From positions 3,209 through 67,208 of the forward strand of contig CALBBQ010000013.1 of NCBI GenBank assembly GCA_937926785.1: a stretch of 64,000 nt of DNA, given 5' to 3'. The notes beneath the pieces are model-generated. The model searched no databases, was not told the origin of the DNA, and was given only the letters and a program-made list of their open reading frames with translations. Source of the DNA: an uncultured Bacteroidales bacterium. Lineage in GTDB: Bacteria; Bacteroidota; Bacteroidia; Bacteroidales; Tenuifilaceae. Shown piece by piece: positions 56,925 through 64,000 of this stretch (positions are counted from its first letter, which is position 1; every line of letters begins with the position of its first letter). Both the position numbers and the translations under genes were made by a program.

Positions 56925-58254
56925 CCACGTAAATGTCCAACACCTTGTTCAGCCCATCCTGGCAGACTCTGCAAAATGTCAGGGAGTGGGAGAACATGAT
57001 GCAGTTAACTTCAGGTCGGTACATTCCTTGGCTTAAATAACCAGCCCCCTCAAAAGCGCCTACCTTTCCCTGAAAAGGCTCTTTACTAATATTCAGCTTC
57101 ATTGTTTTCTCATAGTCCTGCTTATTCCATGGGGTAGGGATAGGGGTACCCGGTTCAACCATCTCCTTCCATTTAAGTTTGGTGGGGTCAAGTAGAGCCG
57201 TGATGTTAAACTCCCATGGTTCGTAGTGCGGAACGGAAACCTGATATGCTACTTCGCTGGTATAGTACTCATCTGCCAAGCCGGCAATGTGATGCCCCAT
57301 TTCATGAACCATCACGTAATCGGCGTTGGGAATACGAGCAGATGCGGTAATGTAAAGATTATATATACCCCCTCCGCCGTACTTGTTAGAATTCATGAGT
57401 ATTACAATAAAATCGTAGGGTACCACAGCAGCATAATCGCGCACTGTCCACTCCTTGTCCGATAACACATACCTATCAATACCAAAAGTACTGTAGGAAC
57501 AACCAAGAATATTGGATGGGTAAAAATTTTTCTTTTGAAGCCGAATACCTTCGGCAGGCGAAAGGGAGTAAACCGCAGCCACATTAAAGTCCGCTTTTCT
57601 GCTCTTAAAGGGTTCAACAGAGAAGAATGCATCCATGAATCGGTTAACATCTTTCGAAAATTCGAGAGTATCGGAAAGGGTAAAACCATCGGCCAAAACT
57701 ACGATATCAACTTTATGTTTAGGATTGCCGCTATTTAAAAAGTACCTAACCTTTACTTCGGGGTAAGTCCACTGGGATTCCGCATACTGAGCAGGGTTTA
57801 TGGTTTCGGCCCAAATTTCCTGAAAAACCTGTGTGCTATCGCGTTTGCGCATAACCAGCTTAAAAGTATTTTTTGGCCAGGGAAAACGCACGCTTTCCTG
57901 AAACGATTTGTTCAGCTCTCGAGACTCAAGGGTAGTTTGCCACTCGCCAAATACGCTGCAGAAACCCTGAGTGTAAATAACCTTTCCTGAAGCTACATCA
58001 ACAATATCGAAAGCATATAAACCAAGTTGATAGGGGTCATTTAAAACGCTAACCCTGCCACCCCATGGTCCTTCATTCTTTATTCCATACAAAGTGAAAC
58101 TCTCGGTTTGGGAAGTGCCACTATGCAGGTAATCAACCCTCATAGTTTTATCCTCAAAGTAGGTTGAGAAAGCTACCCCCATTTTCACTGGTGATTGCGC
58201 TTTGGCTACCATCACGAACAAACAGATGAAAAGCAATACCTTAAATCTTATCAT
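56917..58254 (-). CDS. Peptidase M64 family (IgA-peptidase-like) metallopeptidase
   Basis: Signal peptide, KTMRVDYLHSG, KVDIVVLADGF, YGGGGIYN, HEMGH..GLADEY, GAFEGAGY, YRPEVNCIM, FCRVC. Confidence 0.88.
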   Translation of the reverse strand: MIRFKVLLFICLFVMVAKAQSPVKMGVAFSTYFEDKTMRVDYLHSGTSQTESFTLYGIKNEGPWGGRVSVLNDPYQLGLYAFDIVDVASGKVIYTQGFCSVFGEWQTTLESRELNKSFQESVRFPWPKNTFKLVMRKRDSTQVFQEIWAETINPAQYAESQWTYPEVKVRYFLNSGNPKHKVDIVVLADGFTLSDTLEFSKDVNRFMDAFFSVEPFKSRKADFNVAAVYSLSPAEGIRLQKKNFYPSNILGCSYSTFGIDRYVLSDKEWTVRDYAAVVPYDFIVILMNSNKYGGGGIYNLYITASARIPNADYVMVHEMGHHIAGLADEYYTSEVAYQVSVPHYEPWEFNITALLDPTKLKWKEMVEPGTPIPTPWNKQDYEKTMKLNISKEPFQGKVGAFEGAGYLSQGMYRPEVNCIMFSHSLTFCRVCQDGLNKVLDIYVAK

Positions 58255-58262
58255 AGATGAAA

Positions 58263-59357
58263 TTATTTTTTTGGAAGAACATCAAAGTAATTACCCTTAC
58301 TGTCGTAAGCTCCGGCCATGCAATCCACAGTCAGACAGCTGTGAACCGGCAGTATGGCAAGCAAATCGCCGGTTCTGATGTTGGTTGGCACCTCGTTACT
58401 AAAGTAGATCATGCCATGCTCCTGGCTTAAAGAACCAACATAAGCCCCGGGCAGGGGTTGGCCCCACGCTTCCCCATCGAAATGGCAAACCAACCCATAG
58501 CAGTCTGCACCCTCTTTGGTTACCTTTTCCTTTGACAGATGAACGGCACCGCCATGCACAAGAATCTTTTTCTGGTCGTGCAAAACATCTACCACCGGAC
58601 AAATAAGAGCCAGAGCAATCTGCGAGAGGTCGCACGACCCAATTTGGCTCTGCATCACATCATAGAATACGAAGTTACCCGGCCGGATTTCATCGATCCC
58701 CCAAAAATCGTCAGCCACGGAACAGGTAGGGGTATCGCCATAGGAGACGATCAGGTCAGGATACCTCTCCTTCCAAAAACTCTTCAGTTTTATTAGCTGG
58801 GTAACCGATTTAGCGTGAATCGCCATCACTTCATCCCTGCTCTTTGCAGAATAGGAGTGACCGGCATGGGTTAAAAAACCTTTAAACTTTAGCTTTGAGT
58901 TCGATTCTAGCAGATTTAGCATAACGGCCAGTTCCCTGGTTCTATCGGGTAACAATCCTGACCTTCCATGCCCCACATCTATCTCAATAAACACGCCAAC
59001 CTCTGAACTAATCTTGTCTATTGCTGCAACCAGGTTTGCAGGGGAGGAAAAAAGAATGTTCAGAGTAACCTGCCTGGCAAGTTGATTTGCCTTATCTGAC
59101 CACTGGGGGACAAACGGGAAAGCAATTGTGATATCGTTCCAACCGGCATGAGTAAAGTATTCAGCCATTCCAGGAGAAGAGACTGTTATACCCGAGACCC
59201 CATGGTTACGAAAGAACTCCCCAACCGCATGGCTTTGATGGGTTTTAAAGTGAGGTCGGAAAAAAAGATTTGCCTTCCGGGCCTTTTCGGCCATGAAGGC
59301 AATATTAGCGTTACACTTTTGAGAGTCAATTAACAAAAAAGGCAGTTTATCAATCAT
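58263..59357 (-). CDS. Fold-type III PLP enzyme, D-threonine aldolase/D-serine dehydratase-like
   Basis: ATG at 59357 (8-bp overlap with the upstream stop). RPHFKTHQ, IEIDVGHGRSG, LTHAGHSY, GDTPT, EIRPGNFVFYD, LSQEHG, LPVHSCL. Confidence 0.88.
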   Translation of the reverse strand: MIDKLPFLLIDSQKCNANIAFMAEKARKANLFFRPHFKTHQSHAVGEFFRNHGVSGITVSSPGMAEYFTHAGWNDITIAFPFVPQWSDKANQLARQVTLNILFSSPANLVAAIDKISSEVGVFIEIDVGHGRSGLLPDRTRELAVMLNLLESNSKLKFKGFLTHAGHSYSAKSRDEVMAIHAKSVTQLIKLKSFWKERYPDLIVSYGDTPTCSVADDFWGIDEIRPGNFVFYDVMQSQIGSCDLSQIALALICPVVDVLHDQKKILVHGGAVHLSKEKVTKEGADCYGLVCHFDGEAWGQPLPGAYVGSLSQEHGMIYFSNEVPTNIRTGDLLAILPVHSCLTVDCMAGAYDSKGNYFDVLPKK

Positions 59358-59874
59358 TTTTGCTGTTTGCGGGTTCCAGGACAAACCGTTTGCCGATTGT
59401 TAACTGTGGTAATAGTACAAGCGAAAGCCGTTTAAGCACATTCACTACCACTTCGTCGTTTTCAATTCGAATCGTGGGCTTGTCAAAGTTTAGGCTTAGA
59501 AAACGGGGTAAGGTTTTTCCTCTTATGAAGCTGATGTTCGATTTATCCTTATCAACTATAATGTAATCCTCGCTGAACATGAAGTCCTTCAACTTCTCAA
59601 TGTTAACCTTTGATGCAGGCAGAATATGTACATTAACCCGCTTGTACGAGAGAGCGGTGGTTATGGCCACAATTAGCGGCAGAATAACGGTAAGAGGAAT
59701 GAAGGTGATGTAAAACTTACCAAACCTTTCCCAGGTAAAATCACTCCCAATGAGAATGATTAGTGCCAAAAAAACAAACATGGCGATTAGCATTAACACA
59801 AAATGCAAGAGAAAAATTTCAAGATGTCCCTTGCTTTCAGCTGGTTTAACATGAACTTCGAGTGCCATATACAA
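59350..59874 (-). CDS. Hypothetical membrane protein (2 TM plus soluble C-domain)
   Basis: Two hydrophobic segments. Stop overlaps the start of the PLP enzyme (ATGATTGA). Confidence 0.7.
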   Translation of the reverse strand: MYMALEVHVKPAESKGHLEIFLLHFVLMLIAMFVFLALIILIGSDFTWERFGKFYITFIPLTVILPLIVAITTALSYKRVNVHILPASKVNIEKLKDFMFSEDYIIVDKDKSNISFIRGKTLPRFLSLNFDKPTIRIENDEVVVNVLKRLSLVLLPQLTIGKRFVLEPANSKND

Positions 59875-59985
59875 AGGTAGTTAGATTAGACTTGGTTAAT
59901 GATAGGTACATCAAATTTAAGTCAAAATAAATCAAAATGTATCATAAACCGGAAAAATTGAACCGAGCACGTTACTGAAAGCATT

Positions 59986-60936
59986 TTAAAATATGGCAAA
60001 ACTGAGTACTCCATTGGAATTAGCATGTGCACGAAACATAGCGGAGGTATTCATCATCATGCTCACATTGCCCTTTCGGTCAACGGCAATAACGCCACCC
60101 CGACCACCGGCTTTGGCAAGCTTAAGCATAATAACTTTCTCCACGGCAGCATTAAGCGAAAGGTTTTGGTACTCCATCAGAGCAGAAATATCGTGCGCAA
60201 CAGTGTTTCGTATGAAGAATTCGCCATGACCGGTGGCCGATACTGCGCAGGTGGCGTTATTTGCATAGGTTCCTGCACCAATAATCGGCGCATCGCCTAC
60301 CCTGCCCCATCGTTTGTTGGTCATACCTCCGGTAGATGTTGCTGCAGCAAGGTTTCCATGGATATCAAGTGCTACACATCCTACTGTTCCCATCTTCTCA
60401 CGCGAGAGCACTCGCTGAATTTCCTCCCACCTTTTGGAAGTGAAAAAGTAGCTACTATCTGCCATTTCAACACCCTGAAGCCTAGCAAACTCCGAAGCCC
60501 CGCTCCCAACCAGCAAAACATGAGGCGATGCCTCCATCACCTTCCGGGCTAAGCTGATGGGGTTTTTCACATCCCTAACCGATGCAACAGCACCAGCTCC
60601 TAAGGTGTTACCATCCATGATTGCCGCATCGAGCTCAATGCGCCCCTCATGGGTGTAAACTGAGCCTTTCCCGGCATTGAACAACGGGCAATCCTCAAGG
60701 TAACGGACAACCTGCTCAACTGCATCAAGGCTTTTACCGCCGCCTTTCAGAATATTTATGCCCACTTGCAAGGCATTACTGAGCTCACGTTGGTACTCGT
60801 CGAGTTGTTCCTTCGTAAACTGCTCCGGCATCATGTTTCCTGCGCCACCATGCAGGGCAATAGCCCAGGTTTGGGCATATGGATTCTGCTTGCCAAGTAT
60901 AACAAGCATCAAAACAACGATAAAAATCTTTTTCAT
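59986..60936 (-). CDS. iaaA: Isoaspartyl peptidase/L-asparaginase (Ntn hydrolase), exported
   Basis: Signal peptide, IALHGGAG, FNAGKGSV, ELDAAIMDG, autocleavage GTVGCVA, ATSTGG, GRVGD, SATGHGEFF. Confidence 0.9.
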   Translation of the reverse strand: MKKIFIVVLMLVILGKQNPYAQTWAIALHGGAGNMMPEQFTKEQLDEYQRELSNALQVGINILKGGGKSLDAVEQVVRYLEDCPLFNAGKGSVYTHEGRIELDAAIMDGNTLGAGAVASVRDVKNPISLARKVMEASPHVLLVGSGASEFARLQGVEMADSSYFFTSKRWEEIQRVLSREKMGTVGCVALDIHGNLAAATSTGGMTNKRWGRVGDAPIIGAGTYANNATCAVSATGHGEFFIRNTVAHDISALMEYQNLSLNAAVEKVIMLKLAKAGGRGGVIAVDRKGNVSMMMNTSAMFRAHANSNGVLSFAIF

Positions 60937-60992
60937 GGTTAAAACTTGAATCGGGTTATTTATTAGGTTTGCAAGTTAAAATAATAAAGGAA

Positions 60993-62825
60993 ATGATAAA
61001 ACGGTTAAACTTCACAATCCGATACTTCATCTTTTGGGTTCTTCTGTTTTCATTCTTTCGACTTGCTTTCATGCTTTACCAATTTGAACTATTTAAATCG
61101 ATAAAGCTTAACGAGCTACCTCATATTTTAGTTCGTGGCGCCTGGATGGATGCATCGTTGGCAGGGTACATCCTTTTGCTAGCCTACCTCATGTTCACTC
61201 TGCTTTTCCACTTTCAAGGAAATCAACTCAAAAAAGTTTTTAACACCCTAACATTCATACTGTTAACCACAGTAAGCATCGTTGTGATAAGCGATATGGA
61301 GCTATACCGGAACTGGGGATTCCGTATTGATGCCACCCCATTGCTTTACCTGAAAACTCCTAAAGAAGCAATGGCATCGCTAAAAACTTTATCCTTGATA
61401 TTGTTCATTGCTATTGTCGTATTAGTAACTCTTGGTACCTACATAACCTACAAAAGATTTACTAACCGCACATTAGCCGAGGCTAAACCGTTAAAATGGT
61501 TTTACCTTCCCGTTCTGCTGTTTTTGGCAGCTGCCATGATTATCCCCATCAGAGGCGGTTTTGGTATTGCACCCATGAATCCGGGAAAGGTTTACTTTAG
61601 CCAGAATGCCTTCTGTAATCATGCTGCGCTCAACCCGGTTTGGAATATGATGTACTCAGTAAGCAAAAGTAGCAGCATGAATAAGGAGTACCCGGTTGAG
61701 ATAGATAAGAGTTTTGCCAGGCAACGTTTTTCCCAGCTGATGCATACCGATAGCACCCTAAAAGTGCTAAACACCAATCGTCCGAACATACTAATCATTC
61801 TTCTGGAAAGCTTTGGTGCAAGAATGGTAAAAGCCCTTGGAGGTTTGCCCGATGTAACCCCAAACCTGAACCAGCTGGCAAACGAGGGGTTGCTATTCAC
61901 CCGCATAGCAGCTAGCGGTGATAGAAGCGACAAAGGGATTATTGCCATACTGGCAGGATTCCCGGCACAGCCCACCCAATCGGTGATTAAGTACCCCACC
62001 AAAGCCAATAAACTTGCCACCCTTAGCAGCGTTCTTCAAGATAACGGATACACAACAACTTTCTACTACGGTGGCGATCCCGACTTTGCCAATATCCGGT
62101 CGTTCCTGTACCATGCCAAGTTTCAAAGATTTATTACACAGGACGATTTTCCTAAAAACTTTCGCAATTCAAAATGGGGAGTTCATGACGAGCATGTATT
62201 TAACTACCTGCTAAACGATTTAGATTCCGCTAAAGCCCCGTTTTTCAAGATGTTTTTTACCCTTAGTAGCCATGAGCCCTTTGAGATACCGGCAAAACCC
62301 AAGTTTAAGGGAAAAAGCGAAGCCGAGCAGTTCTTAAGTTCTGTTTATTACACCGATAGCTGTTTAGGCCACTTCATAAACCAAGCCAGAACAAAAGAGT
62401 GGTTTAAGAATACCCTCATCATTCTGGTTGCCGACCATGGTCATCGACATCCGGCTAACCTGCCGAACTACGAACCACTAAAGTTTCATATTCCAATGGT
62501 TTGGCTTGGTGGAGCGCTGAAAGAGCATAACCAAACCATTAACACCACCTGCTCACAAACCGATTTGGCAGCCACCCTATTGGCGCAACTGGATATTCCA
62601 CACGATGCCTTTCCTCTGTCAAAGAACGTACTGTCAAAGAATACCTATCCATTCGCATACATGGCTTTCAACGAGGGGTTTGGGTTTGTTACCCAAACCG
62701 ACACGTTGGTTTACGATTTGGTTGGAAGAAAGTACATAAAAAAAACTGGTGTAAGGATTGACCGGTCAACCGAGGATGCATGGTCATTTTTCAGTGAGTA
62801 TCAGAAGATTTTTTCAGAATTATAG
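60993..62825 (+). CDS. LTA synthase family / sulfatase-like membrane protein
   Basis: ATG at 60993 after TAGGTTTG (60964-60971). Five N-terminal TMs, PNILIILLESF, TLSSHEPF, YTDSCLG, VADHGH. Confidence 0.9.
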   Translation: MIKRLNFTIRYFIFWVLLFSFFRLAFMLYQFELFKSIKLNELPHILVRGAWMDASLAGYILLLAYLMFTLLFHFQGNQLKKVFNTLTFILLTTVSIVVISDMELYRNWGFRIDATPLLYLKTPKEAMASLKTLSLILFIAIVVLVTLGTYITYKRFTNRTLAEAKPLKWFYLPVLLFLAAAMIIPIRGGFGIAPMNPGKVYFSQNAFCNHAALNPVWNMMYSVSKSSSMNKEYPVEIDKSFARQRFSQLMHTDSTLKVLNTNRPNILIILLESFGARMVKALGGLPDVTPNLNQLANEGLLFTRIAASGDRSDKGIIAILAGFPAQPTQSVIKYPTKANKLATLSSVLQDNGYTTTFYYGGDPDFANIRSFLYHAKFQRFITQDDFPKNFRNSKWGVHDEHVFNYLLNDLDSAKAPFFKMFFTLSSHEPFEIPAKPKFKGKSEAEQFLSSVYYTDSCLGHFINQARTKEWFKNTLIILVADHGHRHPANLPNYEPLKFHIPMVWLGGALKEHNQTINTTCSQTDLAATLLAQLDIPHDAFPLSKNVLSKNTYPFAYMAFNEGFGFVTQTDTLVYDLVGRKYIKKTGVRIDRSTEDAWSFFSEYQKIFSEL

Positions 62826-63079
62826 GTATTCTGATCGGTTGCCCTTAGTCATCCTTGTCGGCAATTTATCTTTTGCAAAGCTTAGTTCCCCATAATGGTA
62901 TCGCTTCGCAATATTTCATCCGAAAAAATATCAAATTATTGATTAGCTGTAAGTTATGCATTCTTTATTAACACTTTAAAAAGCGGATAGAACACCCATG
63001 CTTTGTTCATCCCTGTTTGTGTAAGCTGAAATACATGGGTGTTCCATAGTAAAACTAGAACCAGTATGAATTAAAAACA

Positions 63080-63110
63080 GGAAAGCCGCCTCAATTTGGG
63101 GCGGCTTTCC
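63080..63110 (-). terminator. Terminator of yidC
   Basis: GGAAAGCCGCC(T/C)C..GGGGCGGCTTTCC stem; the minus strand is followed by TGTTTTT. Confidence 0.85.
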
Positions 63111-63125
63111 GATATAGGTTTCGAA

Positions 63126-64000
63126 CTATTTTTTCTTCTTCTGCATCTCCTGTTGACGTTTGGCCATCTCCTCCAGCTTCGCCTGCCATTTCGATTTGGT
63201 AACCGGCTTCTTGGCGTTCTCATGGAGCTTTGCCAGCAACGCTTTATCATCAACAAAACGCCTGATTAGCAACGTTTGCCCCAAAGTGATTACGTTTGAC
63301 AGGAAGTAGTAGTAGCTAAGACCGGCCGAGTAGTTGTTGAACCAGAGTAGCATCATAATGGGCATCATCCAGGTCATCATGAACTTCATGCCGGGCATCT
63401 GAGCATTGGCGTCGCCCATCTGGTCGGTATTCATTTTTGAGGTGATGAACAGCGATGCCGCCATAAGCAGGGTGAACAGGCTCACATGGTCGCCATACCA
63501 GGGAATGGTGAAGGGTAGCTGTAGGATGGAATCGTACGAGGAGAGGTCGTCGGCCCAAAGGAAGCTTTGCTGCCTGAGCTCAAACGATGCCGGGAAGAAG
63601 CGGAACATGGCAATGAGTATGGGGAACTGGATAAGAATGGGTATGCAACCACCCATCGGATTTACACCCACCTTCTTGTACAAAGCCATAACAGCCTGCT
63701 GTTTCTTGAGGGCATCCTCCTTCTTGGGGTACTTTGCATTTATCTCATCAACCTGCGGCTTAAGCACCCTCATCTTAGCAGAGCTCAGGTAAGATTTGTA
63801 GGTCAGTGGGAAAAGAATAATTTTCAGTATGATGGTCAAAAGGAGAATGATTAACCCGTAGTGCGAGATGAATCTGCTCAAAAAATCGAACACATTGATA
63901 ACCACGTACTTGTTAATCCAACGGATAATATTTCGTCCCAAAGGAATCACCTTTTCAAAGCCCAGCTGGTACTTCGCCAGGGTTTTGTAATGGTTGGGGC
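63126..64000 (-). CDS. yidC: Membrane protein insertase YidC, 3' part; runs off the window end
   Basis: The frame stays open upstream of the track start (PNHYKTLAKYQLGFEKVIPLG). YGLIILLLTIILK..LFPL, NPMGGCIP, FLWADDLS, GLSYYYFLSN. Confidence 0.95.
   Translation of the reverse strand, partial: PNHYKTLAKYQLGFEKVIPLGRNIIRWINKYVVINVFDFLSRFISHYGLIILLLTIILKIILFPLTYKSYLSSAKMRVLKPQVDEINAKYPKKEDALKKQQAVMALYKKVGVNPMGGCIPILIQFPILIAMFRFFPASFELRQQSFLWADDLSSYDSILQLPFTIPWYGDHVSLFTLLMAASLFITSKMNTDQMGDANAQMPGMKFMMTWMMPIMMLLWFNNYSAGLSYYYFLSNVITLGQTLLIRRFVDDKALLAKLHENAKKPVTKSKWQAKLEEMAKRQQEMQKKKK

Noticed and set aside
360-63854. Many short or antisense ORFs in the track, e.g. 11404-14739 on +, 19488-20345 on -, 36419-36829 on +
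   Set aside because: They lie wholly on the opposite strand or in another frame of well-supported genes and show no motifs; they are shadow ORFs.
1-64000. CRISPR arrays, tRNA/rRNA genes, transposases, integrases, prophage genes
   Set aside because: None recognised by eye; short palindromes were explained as terminators. A tRNAscan/Infernal run would be needed to exclude small RNAs.

Overview
Ordinary chromosomal segment of a Bacteroidota genome, most likely an anaerobic Bacteroidales. The basis is TAnnTTTG -7 promoter elements, SusC-type TonB-dependent receptors and lipoproteins; family or genus cannot be fixed from this sequence. It holds about 50 densely packed CDS. I saw no rRNA, tRNA, CRISPR array, prophage or transposase. 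Contents in order: partial DUF554 gene, pdxB, a PEGA-caspase lipoprotein, a TonB receptor/DUF4249 pair, a TerB-like/ABCG-type transporter, a heavy-metal RND efflux operon, a LytS/LytTR pair, a phosphate cluster (PiT, hemerythrin, PhoP-like regulator, TonB receptor, beta-helix lipoprotein), rocD, a gluzincin lipoprotein, PPi-type pfk, an SSS/CoA-transferase/2-oxoacid:ferredoxin oxidoreductase operon, thioredoxin-fold proteins, a Btu/Fec-type ABC operon with a frameshifted DsrE gene, signalling proteins, peptidases, an LTA-synthase-family sulfatase and the 3' part of yidC. Three signals stand out. (1) A His-rich exported leader ORF ending in an RAPP ribosome-arrest motif heads the metal-efflux operon. 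(2) 11-bp-period (G/C/T)(T/C/G)TAAC repeat arrays lie in identical phase to the -7 promoter element at four promoters of the phosphate cluster, a candidate Bacteroidota Pho box. (3) A translationally coupled operon pairs an SSS transporter and family III CoA-transferase with an unusual alpha + beta-gamma oxidoreductase of unknown substrate. Family names come from motif recognition and recall, not database searches.
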